From assembly GCA_042568575.1 (NCBI GenBank), contig JBHPIO010000013.1:1-30112 (forward strand): a DNA stretch of 30,112 bases, given 5' to 3'. Source of the stretch: Patescibacteria group bacterium (GTDB taxonomy: Bacteria; Patescibacteriota; Gracilibacteria; UBA1369; PNNO01). Both the position numbers and the translations under genes were made by a program. Each line of letters opens with the position of its first letter. The stretch's first letter is position 1. This document shows positions 8,013-17,918 of this stretch, one piece after another. The notes under the pieces were generated by a model. The model saw only the letters and a list, made by a program, of their open reading frames with translations. It did no database searches and was not told the origin of the DNA.

Positions 8013-9176
8013 TTATCCAAACAATTTCTCTAATCTATTCAAACATTCCTGAATTCGTTCTTCGGATGTAGCGAATGAAAATCTAACATGTTCGTCTGTT
8101 CCAAATGCGGCACCTGGGACAGCAGCAATGTGAGCTTCTTCTAATAATTTAGCTGCCATTTTAGTTGAATCTGAAATTTCATCATTATAGTTTCCAGATA
8201 GATTAGGATATAAATAGAAAGCTCCACCCGGTTTTACACATTTGATTCCATTGATCTTATTAAGCCCATCTACGAACATATCTCGTCTTTTGTGGTATAT
8301 CTCCCTCATCTTCCCAACTTCGTCCTGTGGGCCGTTTAACGCCTCAATACTTGCCACTTGAGCAATTGCATTCGGGTTCCCTGTTATGTGCGATAAAGCC
8401 CCACCAATTTTCTTTGCTACTTCCGGCGGCATACCCGCATATCCAATTCTCCATCCGGGCATTGCATATGTTTTTGATAATCCATTTACTGTGATCGTCT
8501 TATTCCAAACATCTTTATCGATACTTGCAATACTAAAATATTCTCCATCAAACACAAGACGTTCGTACATTTCGTCTGCCATAATCCAGATGTCATGTTT
8601 CAAACAAAGCTCTGCGATCTTTCGTTTTTCTTCCTCAGAAATAATTCCTCCTGTCGGATTTGATGGATCATTTAGAATTAGAATTTTTGTTCTATCGGTA
8701 ATTTTTTCTGCGATCTTTTCTGCTTTAATTTCAAAACCATCCTCTTCTTTTGCTTCTACAATAACTGGCTTTAATCCAGCTAATTTAATGTCGTCTGGGT
8801 AAGTTACCCAATAAGGTGAAGGTACTAAAACTTCATCTCCTGGATCACATAGGGCAAGCATAGCAGCATACAGGATTGGCTTAGCCCCCGATGCAACAAC
8901 TATATCCGCGACCTCATATTGTAGATTGTTTTCACGAGCAAACTTATCAACGATTGCTTGTTTAAGTTCAGGTGTTCCAGAAGCGGGGGTATATTTAGAG
9001 TTCCCTTCTTCGACTGCCTTAATTGCTGCCTGTTTAATATTTTCAGGAATTGGGAAATCAGGCTGACCAACAGCCATGTTTACAACATCAACTCCCTGCT
9101 TTTTAAGCTCTTGCGCTTTGGCATTAAGGGCAAGTGTTGCAGAAGGAGCCATTTGAAGGATTCTTTCAGAAAACAT
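8013..9176 (-). CDS. aspC: PLP-dependent class I/II aminotransferase (aspartate aminotransferase type)
   Basis: GQPDF, PSPYWVTY, PSNPTG, DEMYE, GLSKTYAMPGWRIGY (PLP lysine), PGGAFY, VPGAAFG, RFSFA. Confidence 0.9.
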   Translation of the reverse strand: MFSERILQMAPSATLALNAKAQELKKQGVDVVNMAVGQPDFPIPENIKQAAIKAVEEGNSKYTPASGTPELKQAIVDKFARENNLQYEVADIVVASGAKPILYAAMLALCDPGDEVLVPSPYWVTYPDDIKLAGLKPVIVEAKEEDGFEIKAEKIAEKITDRTKILILNDPSNPTGGIISEEEKRKIAELCLKHDIWIMADEMYERLVFDGEYFSIASIDKDVWNKTITVNGLSKTYAMPGWRIGYAGMPPEVAKKIGGALSHITGNPNAIAQVASIEALNGPQDEVGKMREIYHKRRDMFVDGLNKINGIKCVKPGGAFYLYPNLSGNYNDEISDSTKMAAKLLEEAHIAAVPGAAFGTDEHVRFSFATSEERIQECLNRLEKLFG

Positions 9177-9182
9177 ATTTAA

Positions 9183-10730
9183 TTAGTTAAATACAGATGT
9201 GATTTTTGAATCTAATTTAGGATACTTTTTAAAGTATTCAAGTCGCTCCGCTTTTAGCTTTTCAACCATTGAATTGTATTCATCAATTCGACCTGTTCGT
9301 TCGTAAAGTTTCTTAGGCTGAATGATTTCTTCATCTTCGATTCCAGGCACTTTGGTTGCAACCATGTATCCAAAATCTGGATCTTCTTCCCACTCAATTG
9401 TATTTTCCGCAATACCTTTTACACATGCAGAAGAGTGAGGAATTTTAACTTTTTTAGATTCTTCAATTGATTCTTGTCCACCAACTCTTCCTGTGTTCAT
9501 TAGGTAAACTTCCATATCAACTTTGCCAAGTAATTCTTCAACTCTGTTGCCTTGTTGGTCGTCTAGTAACGGGAAAAATGGGTTTGTTCCAGGGATTCTA
9601 AGTGCCTTCCCTGCTTCTGCTGCACCACCAGCAGAAGTACCAGTAGTTTCACCAAGCATAAAGTATGCAGCTGCTTGTTCAGCATTTAGTTTTGCAACAG
9701 ATGGGATGATATTTTCATTTCTATTTAAGATAATCAATGCAGAAGCTTTTTCAATTTCACTAGCTTTACCAGCATTTGGAATAGCATTTAAACTAAACAC
9801 CGCACGTCCGTTTTTTGTGTAAGACGTATCGAAAAAATCGAGTTCACCTTCTTCGTTCATAGAAACATTTTCAAGATAAGCCTTGTTGTCGATAGTTGCG
9901 TTAAAAATTGCTTCTTCAGTCTCAGGATTTAATCCGAAAGTCTTTGCAAAACATCCAGCTTCAGTAGCAAATACTTTCCCGTCAGCCATTAGTGCTAAAA
10001 AGTCATCTTGAACTGGCCGTGAATTATTTTGACTGGTAAAAGTTGTTGTAGTTTTACCGGTTCCGCTCAATCCAATAATAAGCAGTGTTTTTTCGCCATC
10101 ATCAGTTGGAACGATTTTTGCTCCAGCGTGTAAAGGAATTCCACCTCTGTCATAAACCATTTTATTCCACATCCTAAGCCCACTCTTTTTGCTCTCTCCA
10201 AAGTAATCAGAATTAAAAATTCGAGTCACATTACAATCAACACAAGATGCAATTAAACGATCATTTGCGTATCCTTTCGCTTCTAAATTTGGAGTATAAA
10301 TTATAGTTACTTCTGGCTCATAATTCTCGTTCTCATAGTTTTCTAAAGGGTAGTACATAGTCTTTTGCATCGCCGCAATATTCGCACTGCTAGGCTCAAC
10401 AATTAGTCTTGCTTTCACTCTAAACTCGGGATCGTTTCCAATATATCCATCAATCACAATCATCTCTTTATCGTTCATATATTCATTTTGAAGCTGAGCC
10501 ATTTTATCTCCTTCTTCTTTTGAAATAGTTTGGATTGTGTGAGCTTCCGGGGTGTCAGAAACCATATATGTAGATGGACCTGATCTAGAAACAACCTTCG
10601 TTGAAACATTCCAATTGCCATATTTTGTTTTCTTAGCGTTTGGCATTCGCGAAATCATTTCATCGAGTTCTTCGAAAGAAGGATTGTAGATAAAGGTGCA
10701 ATCCTGTGGGAGTTTTGCGAAAGTAGACAT
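9183..10730 (-). CDS. pckA: Phosphoenolpyruvate carboxykinase (ATP), divergent form
   Basis: SDYFGESKK, PLHAGA, kinase-1a GLSGTGKTT, QDD, EAGCFAKT, LENV, TKNGR, YLMNTG. Confidence 0.88.
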   Translation of the reverse strand: MSTFAKLPQDCTFIYNPSFEELDEMISRMPNAKKTKYGNWNVSTKVVSRSGPSTYMVSDTPEAHTIQTISKEEGDKMAQLQNEYMNDKEMIVIDGYIGNDPEFRVKARLIVEPSSANIAAMQKTMYYPLENYENENYEPEVTIIYTPNLEAKGYANDRLIASCVDCNVTRIFNSDYFGESKKSGLRMWNKMVYDRGGIPLHAGAKIVPTDDGEKTLLIIGLSGTGKTTTTFTSQNNSRPVQDDFLALMADGKVFATEAGCFAKTFGLNPETEEAIFNATIDNKAYLENVSMNEEGELDFFDTSYTKNGRAVFSLNAIPNAGKASEIEKASALIILNRNENIIPSVAKLNAEQAAAYFMLGETTGTSAGGAAEAGKALRIPGTNPFFPLLDDQQGNRVEELLGKVDMEVYLMNTGRVGGQESIEESKKVKIPHSSACVKGIAENTIEWEEDPDFGYMVATKVPGIEDEEIIQPKKLYERTGRIDEYNSMVEKLKAERLEYFKKYPKLDSKITSVFN

Positions 10731-10769
10731 GGGAATTTACATTAAGAGTTGAAAAGCCTTTACCCAGAT

Positions 10770-10798
10770 ATCTTAATGGCAAGAGCCTCTATGAGCAA
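10770..10798 (-). promoter_or_regulatory. Putative pckA-aspC promoter
   Basis: Minus strand TTGCTC-17 nt-TAAGAT. Confidence 0.45.
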
Positions 10799-10820
10799 GA
10801 AAATTTATACACACTGAGGG

Positions 10821-10908
10821 TTGACAAAAGAGCGCAAATGCGTTTTAATAATACCCTTTATTAATATTCAATTTATTTTCTTGAATCAAAAATAATCATT
10901 GATATAAT
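10821..10908 (+). promoter_or_regulatory. Tandem putative ppdK promoters
   Basis: TTGACA(10821)-17-TTTAAT and TTGAAT(10881)-16-TATAAT with extended TGa. Confidence 0.55.
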
Positions 10909-10956
10909 AACCACGAAATTTTCAAACAACTCTTAATATATATTACCCACTTTTCC

Positions 10957-13563
10957 ATGCAGTACATATACGCATTCAAAGAAGGAGACCGCTCGATGAA
11001 GGACACGCTAGGCGGAAAAGGAGCAAATTTAGCTGAGATGACCAAGTTAGGTATTCCAGTTCCACAAGGGTTTACGATCACAACAGATGTTTGTGATTTA
11101 TATTTTAAAGAAGATGGTTATCCGGGAGGATATAACGATTCACTTGAAAAATATGTAGGAGGACTTGAAGAAGAAACAGGAAAACAATTTGGTGATAAAG
11201 AAAATCCGCTGCTTGTTTCAGTGCGATCAGGAGCTGCAATCTCGATGCCAGGAATGATGGATACAGTTTTGAATCTTGGAATAAATGATGACACAATCAA
11301 GGGATTAATCGAAAAAACTGGAAATAAAAGATTCTGCTATGACGCGTATCGCAGATTTATTCAGATGTTTGGAAATGTAGTTTTAGATATCGATCACGAT
11401 CTTTTTGAACATAAACTTGAGGGCCTCAAGAAGGAAAAGAACACAGCCAACGATGTTGATTTAACAGAAGAAGACCTTGAAAGATTGGTTAATGAATTTA
11501 AGGAAATTGTTAAAGAGCAAACTGGAGAATCATTTCCGGAAGACCCAAAAAAGCAGCTTAATATGTCGATAGAAGCAGTATTTAAGTCTTGGCACAATCA
11601 ACGTGCTGTTACTTATAGAAAGCTAAATAATATTACTGGTCTTCGTGGAACTGCTGTAAATGTTCAAACAATGGTGTTTGGAAATATGGGAGAAAATTCG
11701 GGAACAGGTGTGGCTTTCACGCGTGATCCGTCTACCGGAATAAATGAGTTCTATGGAGAGTATTTGATGAACGCACAGGGTGAAGATGTAGTGGCGGGAA
11801 TCAGGACTCCAAATGAAATCAAAATGTTACAAGATCAAATGCCGGTAATTTATGATGAACTTCTTAACATTAGGAAAAACTTAGAAGATCATTATAAAGA
11901 AATGCAGGATGTAGAATTTACGATTGAAGAGGGGAAGCTTTATATGCTTCAAACAAGAAACGGAAAACGTACAGCTGCTGCGGCTTTAAAGATTGCAGTA
12001 GATATGTTTAACGAAGGTCTAATAACAAAAGATGAAGCGTTAATGAGGATCGATCCTGATCAATTGAATCATCTTCTTCATCCAATGCTTGATCCTGATG
12101 CAGAAAAAAATGTTATTGCAAAAGGTCTGCCAGCTTCGCCAGGAGCTGCAGTTGGAAAAGTTGTTTTCACAGCTGATGAAGCATATGAGTGGGCAAACGA
12201 AAAAGATGAGAAAGTAATTCTTGTTAGAAAAGAAACTTCGCCGGAAGATATTCACGGGATGCATGCGGCTCAGGGAATTTTAACTTCAACAGGAGGTATG
12301 ACTTCCCACGCAGCTGTTGTAGCTCGTGGAATGGGAACCTCATGTGTTGCAGGTTGTGGAGAAGTTATAGTAGATGCACAAGCTAAGAAATTTACAGTAG
12401 GAGATGTTACAGTGAATGAAAGTGAATTTATAACTTTGGATGGATCAACTGGAGAAGTTATTTTAGGACAAGTTCCAACAATCAAACCTGAGTTAACTAG
12501 AGATTTCCAGGAGATTCTAAATTGGGCAAAGGATGTTAAGACACTTGGAGTGAGAACAAATGCGGACACTCCTCACGATTCAAAAGTTGCCAGAGAATTT
12601 GGTGCGGAAGGTATCGGATTATGTAGAACTGAACACATGTTCTTTGATGAAGCGAGAATTAAGAGTGTGCGTGAAATGATTCTTTCAAAAGACGAAGCAG
12701 GACGAAGAACTGCTCTTGCAAAGCTTAAACCTCATCAAAAAGAAGACTTTGCTGGAATTTATAGAGCTATGGACGGACTTCCAGTAACAATAAGATTACT
12801 TGACCCGCCACTTCATGAATTCCTTCCTCAAAAGGAAGAACATATAGAAGAACTTGCTAATGAAATGGGAGTTCCTGCAGAAGAACTTAAAGCAAAAGTT
12901 GCTTCTCTTCACGAAATGAATCCAATGCTTGGGCACAGAGGATGTCGTCTTGGATTAACATATCCAGAAATTTACGAAATGCAGGTACAGGCGATTATCG
13001 AAGCAGGTATTGAAGTTAGCAAAGATGGAATTGTGCCAATTCCGGAAATTGAAATTCCACTTGTTTCAACAATAAAAGAATTTGAAAGATTAAGAGTTAG
13101 GTTAGAAAAGGTGATTGATGAATACAGAGGTCAAATAAAGTTTGAATATAAAATTGGAACAATGATTGAAACTCCTCGTGCTGCCTTAATTGCAGATCAA
13201 ATTGCGGAAACTGCTGACTTTATGTCATTCGGAACAAACGATCTTACACAGATGACATATGGGTTCTCTCGTGACGATATTGGAAAGTTCCTTCCAGTTT
13301 ATCTAGATACATGCATTCTGGAAGCTGATCCATTTGAAACAATAGATCAAGAAGGTGTAGGGCAATTAATGAAAATGACAGTTGAGAAAGGAAAAGAAGT
13401 AAATCCTCATATTGATGTTGCGATTTGCGGAGAGCAAGGTGGAGAGCCAAAATCAGTTGAGTTCTGCCACAATATCGGACTCGATTATGTAAGTTGCTCG
13501 CCATTTAGAGTTCCTATTGCAGTTTTGTCTGCTGCGCAAGCAAAGATAAAAGCTGAGCTCTAG
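10957..13563 (+). CDS. ppdK: Pyruvate, phosphate dikinase
   Basis: LGGKGANLAEM, SVRSGA..SMPGMMDT, NAQGEDVVAG, phospho-His GGMTSHAAVVARG, GIGLCRTEHMF, SFGTNDL, CGEQGG; 868 aa. Confidence 0.97.
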   Translation: MQYIYAFKEGDRSMKDTLGGKGANLAEMTKLGIPVPQGFTITTDVCDLYFKEDGYPGGYNDSLEKYVGGLEEETGKQFGDKENPLLVSVRSGAAISMPGMMDTVLNLGINDDTIKGLIEKTGNKRFCYDAYRRFIQMFGNVVLDIDHDLFEHKLEGLKKEKNTANDVDLTEEDLERLVNEFKEIVKEQTGESFPEDPKKQLNMSIEAVFKSWHNQRAVTYRKLNNITGLRGTAVNVQTMVFGNMGENSGTGVAFTRDPSTGINEFYGEYLMNAQGEDVVAGIRTPNEIKMLQDQMPVIYDELLNIRKNLEDHYKEMQDVEFTIEEGKLYMLQTRNGKRTAAAALKIAVDMFNEGLITKDEALMRIDPDQLNHLLHPMLDPDAEKNVIAKGLPASPGAAVGKVVFTADEAYEWANEKDEKVILVRKETSPEDIHGMHAAQGILTSTGGMTSHAAVVARGMGTSCVAGCGEVIVDAQAKKFTVGDVTVNESEFITLDGSTGEVILGQVPTIKPELTRDFQEILNWAKDVKTLGVRTNADTPHDSKVAREFGAEGIGLCRTEHMFFDEARIKSVREMILSKDEAGRRTALAKLKPHQKEDFAGIYRAMDGLPVTIRLLDPPLHEFLPQKEEHIEELANEMGVPAEELKAKVASLHEMNPMLGHRGCRLGLTYPEIYEMQVQAIIEAGIEVSKDGIVPIPEIEIPLVSTIKEFERLRVRLEKVIDEYRGQIKFEYKIGTMIETPRAALIADQIAETADFMSFGTNDLTQMTYGFSRDDIGKFLPVYLDTCILEADPFETIDQEGVGQLMKMTVEKGKEVNPHIDVAICGEQGGEPKSVEFCHNIGLDYVSCSPFRVPIAVLSAAQAKIKAEL

Positions 13564-14875
13564 TAGCTCGAAGTTTTGCCGGATATTCTTGTTCCAAAAC
13601 AGAGATAGCTTCCTTAAGTGAAGGTCTTTCTTCTCTGTAGTAACTAAGCATGCGGGTAATCAAATCTAAGACGTTTTCTGGAATCACTGTTGATGGAGAA
13701 ATCTTTTCAATAATACCTAATATAAGTTCTCTGATATCAAAGTCGAGCCTGCGAGAAGGATCACTTGGGTTTTGCATTTTTAATAATCTTATTTCATGGA
13801 TTGCATCTTCAATACTTTCGGCAACCATGTCATGAGCTTGATCAAAAATTTCCATAAGTTCTGACTCTTCGTATTTATTCTGCACATCATTAAAAGCAAT
13901 ACTAAATCTTATGGAAAAATCAGTATGAAATTCTTCAACAAAATCTTCCCTGTCATCAAAATCAACGTATGAAAATAAAAGCGTCATTCCAAAGGCAAAG
14001 ATGTCCATTTCTTTAGATGCCCTTCCGAGAGTATGCATTGCATATGGATACCATGCGATATCTATATATTCCTGGGTCGATATTGTTCTTTCACATTTCC
14101 CTCCTTCTTTTACGACAAATTCATGGTCGCATAATTTTCCTCGTTCTACACCATCTTCATCTTCAACAATCATGATGTTTTGAAGCTTAATATCCCTATG
14201 AACCAATCCAAGATTATGTAAGTGTTCACAACCTCTCATTGCATCTATAAGAAAACCCATGGCTTCTTCTTCAGATGTATTTATAGTCGAGTCTAAGTCG
14301 GCATAGCCTGATAAATTTTTTGCGTATACTAAAGTTCCTCTAGTTTTATCTGCCTTAACAAGCGGAACGAATCTTTCCGTAACTAAATACTCATGCGTAG
14401 GACTTGTTTGTTCTTCTTCTAATCCGGATCGATCTTTCGGAACATTCTTTATTGCACGATCTGGATTGCAGTGCATTTCATCCCACATAAATGGAAGAGT
14501 TCCTTTATCGAAAGGAACTTCGTATGTTGGAGACACAGAGTGCACAATATTTCCTTTTTCTTTATAAATATCTGCAACTGTAGCCTGAATTTTTTTCAAA
14601 AAATGAATTAATAGAGAATATATTTCTTTTAGTTCTTCGTTTAAGAGCACATCAAATTCATCAAGATCTTCAAAATCCTCATTGGAACATTGTTTTCGAA
14701 TGTACTTCTCAATTTCGCTTATATCAAGTGGAAGATAGACAAGGCCATCTTCAATATCAGTATGCGCAATTTTCTGAGCGATTCGCCTTATATCGCTTAT
14801 GTCAAACGTATCTGCCTTATGTGATAACAGCAGCTTTGCAGCCTTCTTTGATATATCGAGTTCGTGTGCTTCCAT
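13514..14875 (-). CDS. Divergent Hanks-type Ser/Thr protein kinase domain protein
   Basis: Catalytic loop HLHNLGLVHRDIKLQNIM, YAK (VAIK equivalent), KLCDHE for DFG, ST.EY, DIFAFG, C-terminal RML....ERPS..EA; 50-bp convergent overlap with ppdK. Confidence 0.8.
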   Translation of the reverse strand: MEAHELDISKKAAKLLLSHKADTFDISDIRRIAQKIAHTDIEDGLVYLPLDISEIEKYIRKQCSNEDFEDLDEFDVLLNEELKEIYSLLIHFLKKIQATVADIYKEKGNIVHSVSPTYEVPFDKGTLPFMWDEMHCNPDRAIKNVPKDRSGLEEEQTSPTHEYLVTERFVPLVKADKTRGTLVYAKNLSGYADLDSTINTSEEEAMGFLIDAMRGCEHLHNLGLVHRDIKLQNIMIVEDEDGVERGKLCDHEFVVKEGGKCERTISTQEYIDIAWYPYAMHTLGRASKEMDIFAFGMTLLFSYVDFDDREDFVEEFHTDFSIRFSIAFNDVQNKYEESELMEIFDQAHDMVAESIEDAIHEIRLLKMQNPSDPSRRLDFDIRELILGIIEKISPSTVIPENVLDLITRMLSYYREERPSLKEAISVLEQEYPAKLRATRAQLLSLLAQQTKLQ

Positions 14876-14878
14876 AGT

Positions 14879-15763
14879 TTAATCTCCCCAGTGTAGTTTC
14901 TGGCGTAATACTTTATAATATCCTTCTCCCGTAATCCGAATCATGTCGAACCATCTTGAAGATTTGCGAATTTTGATCTCGTCGCCGTATTCTAAATCGA
15001 ATGTTTCCTGACCATCGAGCGTTAGGCCGACATGCTCTTTAACTCGACGTGTCTGGACGGTAATTTTAAGCTGTCTGTCATTTGGAATGATGATCGGCCT
15101 TACAGAAAGTGAAGCCGGACAAACAGGGACTATAACGAATGAGTGAACAGATGGATGGACAATTGGTCCTCCAGCTGAAAGTGCGTGCGCAGTAGAACCT
15201 GTTGGTGTTGCTACAATGATTCCATCTGCTTCAAAGTCGATAATTTTTCGTTGATTCACTTCAAGTCTTAATTCAATTAGTCTCGCAAAAAGCCCTTGAT
15301 TTATTACTGCATCGTTTAAAGCCAGAGTCGTGTAAATCTTTTGTCCATCTCTGTAAATTGTTGTACGCAAAATATATCTTCTATCTATTACGTATTGATT
15401 TTTGAATATACGATCAAGGCAATAATACAATTTTTCAGGAACTGTTTCAGTGAGAAATCCAAGAGTTCCCATGTTTACACCCAGAACAGGGACTTTCTTT
15501 TTCCCCATTCTTCTTGCTGTTTTTAAAAGAGTTCCATCGCCGCCGAGACAGATTACCATATCGGCTTCTCGAAGTAGTTTTTCTTTTTTATAACCAGGTT
15601 TGTTGCCCAATAATGGTGCAACATTGTTATCAAAAAGAACTGTCTTTTTCTTCTTTTTCAGGTAATCAACAAGTGCTATAACAACATCCTTTTTGGCAAC
15701 AATATTACGCTTAGTAATAATTGCAACTTTCCTGATTTTTTTAGACTTTTGTGCGTGCGGCAT
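14879..15763 (-). CDS. nadK: NAD kinase
   Basis: LGGDGTLL, GVNMGTLGFL, ALND, ADGIIVATPTGSTAHALSAGGP, DGQ, LRQKLHW. Confidence 0.95.
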   Translation of the reverse strand: MPHAQKSKKIRKVAIITKRNIVAKKDVVIALVDYLKKKKKTVLFDNNVAPLLGNKPGYKKEKLLREADMVICLGGDGTLLKTARRMGKKKVPVLGVNMGTLGFLTETVPEKLYYCLDRIFKNQYVIDRRYILRTTIYRDGQKIYTTLALNDAVINQGLFARLIELRLEVNQRKIIDFEADGIIVATPTGSTAHALSAGGPIVHPSVHSFVIVPVCPASLSVRPIIIPNDRQLKITVQTRRVKEHVGLTLDGQETFDLEYGDEIKIRKSSRWFDMIRITGEGYYKVLRQKLHWGD

Positions 15764-15813
15764 ATAAGAGAATTATATGGGATTGCTATTATAATGATAT
15801 TGTTGTGAAATGT

Positions 15814-16926
15814 CTATATGATATTGAAAAGCTCCAAAAGTTTTTTTGCGCTTTTCTCCCAGGAAAACTCACGTGCTTGATCAAGTCCTTTGCTTTTCAT
15901 CTGCTTTCTAAGATTTTCATCCGAAAGAACCCTTTTCATTTCAGTGGCGATAGAATCAATATCATTTGGATTTACCATAACTGCAGCATCTCCAACTACT
16001 TCAGGCAAAGAGGAGATGTTTGATGTAATTACAGGACATCCGCATTGCATTGCATCGAGTGGTGGAAGTCCGAATCCTTCATACAGGGAAGGATAAACAA
16101 AAACCTCAGCGCCATTATATAATCTAACAAGATCTTTTTCGCTTACATAACCCAGAAATCTCACTTTGTTTTCGATTTTTAATTTGTGTGCAGCTTTGAA
16201 AATTTCATCGTAATACCATCCTTTTTTTCCTGCAATTATTAAGTTGTGATTAGGGAAATCTTCTACAATTTGAGCAAAAGCTCTTATAAGTGTTACAAAA
16301 TTCTTGCGTGGCTCTAGTGTTCCAACAGCCAGAATAAATGGCTCAGTTAAGTGCATAGATTTTCTGTAATCATCAACAGTTTCTAGCCCAGTGCCTAAAA
16401 GATTTTTAAAAGCCGATGAAGCTCCAGGATAAATTACTTCAATTCCCTCTCTACCAATTTCAAAATATTCTGCCAAATCTTCTTTTGTATTATCAGAAAC
16501 CGTAATGACTTTTGCCACTTTATTAAGCGCTCTTTTAAGAAACGCCTTCTCTGTGATTACAGCTTTTTTGTTGTGTCTGTCTGGTAGTAAAAATGCAACG
16601 AGATCATGGACAGTCATCACAACCTTGATTTTCTTTGGATTATGAATTGCTGGAATGATGTAACTTGTTGGTGCAAAAAATATATCAACGTTCTCCTTGT
16701 AGGCGTCTTTCAAAACAGATTTATGCCACAAGATTGATAGGAAAGAGGAAACAACTTTAATTTTCACACGGTCGTTTTCTTCAAAAACAGCCGATGGATT
16801 GTCTGTATATAAAATATATGTATTTTGAGTGTCCAGATTCAAAAGATTTTGAACCAAATGGAACGTATAATACCCTTTCCCGGCTTTTCCGATTGCTGTT
16901 TCGCGTATGTCTATGGCGATTTTCAT
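15814..16926 (-). CDS. Glycosyltransferase family 4 (GT-B, group 1)
   Basis: [61 protein letters not shown]. Confidence 0.93.
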   Translation of the reverse strand: MKIAIDIRETAIGKAGKGYYTFHLVQNLLNLDTQNTYILYTDNPSAVFEENDRVKIKVVSSFLSILWHKSVLKDAYKENVDIFFAPTSYIIPAIHNPKKIKVVMTVHDLVAFLLPDRHNKKAVITEKAFLKRALNKVAKVITVSDNTKEDLAEYFEIGREGIEVIYPGASSAFKNLLGTGLETVDDYRKSMHLTEPFILAVGTLEPRKNFVTLIRAFAQIVEDFPNHNLIIAGKKGWYYDEIFKAAHKLKIENKVRFLGYVSEKDLVRLYNGAEVFVYPSLYEGFGLPPLDAMQCGCPVITSNISSLPEVVGDAAVMVNPNDIDSIATEMKRVLSDENLRKQMKSKGLDQAREFSWEKSAKKLLELFNII

Positions 16927-16962
16927 GTTTATTGCTTAATAATTCCAAAATTCTTTATCCTA

Positions 16963-17000
16963 TGACAATTGTCAAATGTCAATTATCAAATGTCAAATGT
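16963..17000. repeat. Heptanucleotide tandem repeat (TGTCAAW), about 5.4 copies
   Basis: TGACAAT TGTCAAA TGTCAAT TATCAAA TGTCAAA TGT in the divergent intergenic region. Confidence 0.85.
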
Positions 17001-17062
17001 TTCTTTACATTTCGACTCGCTGTGTTATCTTTTTAGGTGATTTATACTTAATCAAATACATC

Positions 17063-17908
17063 GTGCCAGCACCTAATTTAAAAGATAAAATTTTGAAGCT
17101 GCCTCTTCCTCAGAAAGTAATAGGAATTGGAGCTTTTCTCGCTCTTGCGAGCTCTTTTCTCCCATGGTATCAGGACATTGATGCTTTTAATACAGGAGAT
17201 AGATTTCTTGGTATAACAGGACCACTTTACCTGGTTGGTTATATCATTATCGCGTTAAGTCTTTTTTCAATTATTCTCACAGGATTTTATGCACTTGGAA
17301 GAAAACTTCCGCCGTTACCAATGAAAGAATCAATAGTTTACATTTTAAGTGGAGCGATCTCATTATTTTTGTTGGTTGTTGCAAATTCTGTTTATTTCCA
17401 CCCAAAATTTGGAATCAATATTATGTCGAAAGAGTATCAAATTGGTATGATGCTGGCATTTGTTGGATCTTTGGCGATAACTATTGGTGGAGTTTTGCAA
17501 CATCGTGAAAGCGGAACTTCAAGGTTTATTAAAGAATTTCAAGAAGAAGCGCAGGAGGAAGAACAGCTTGATCCGGTGCTTGAATTAAATAATTTCCAGA
17601 AAGAGCAGCAGATTGAACATCAAAAGGGTGATGATTTGATGAGAGAAACAATAGAGCACAGTCGGACTCCAGTTGTTGAAAGAAAGCCATCAGGTGTTCG
17701 TGAATATAAGGCAAAACCAGACGTACAAGAAGATAATACAAAGGTTAGAATGGAGCCTTATCCTGATGTTAACCAATTACGCAAGGAACGTGAAGCTCAA
17801 GATGGAGCTCAGGGATTTGGTGACAGATCTTCGCGTCCTATGACTCAACCTAAAGCTGAGACAAAAGATAGCGTGAATCCAAATACAGTAATCCGAATGG
17901 ACTTATAA
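17063..17908 (+). CDS. Hypothetical membrane protein: 4 TM helices plus charged, probably disordered C-terminal tail
   Basis: Four hydrophobic segments with FLPWY motif, then an E/Q/K/P-rich tail. GTG 17063 preferred because a promoter-like TTTACA-16-TATCTT (17004-17031) lies inside the longer ORF call. Confidence 0.75.
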   Translation: MPAPNLKDKILKLPLPQKVIGIGAFLALASSFLPWYQDIDAFNTGDRFLGITGPLYLVGYIIIALSLFSIILTGFYALGRKLPPLPMKESIVYILSGAISLFLLVVANSVYFHPKFGINIMSKEYQIGMMLAFVGSLAITIGGVLQHRESGTSRFIKEFQEEAQEEEQLDPVLELNNFQKEQQIEHQKGDDLMRETIEHSRTPVVERKPSGVREYKAKPDVQEDNTKVRMEPYPDVNQLRKEREAQDGAQGFGDRSSRPMTQPKAETKDSVNPNTVIRMDL

Positions 17909-17918
17909 TTACTTACTT

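Noticed and set aside
16963-17000. Possible CRISPR or iteron array
   Set aside because: 7-bp units without spacers; no cas or rep gene nearby.
16976-17062. N-terminal extension of the membrane protein
   Set aside because: The ATGs come from the heptamer repeat and lie upstream of a plausible promoter.
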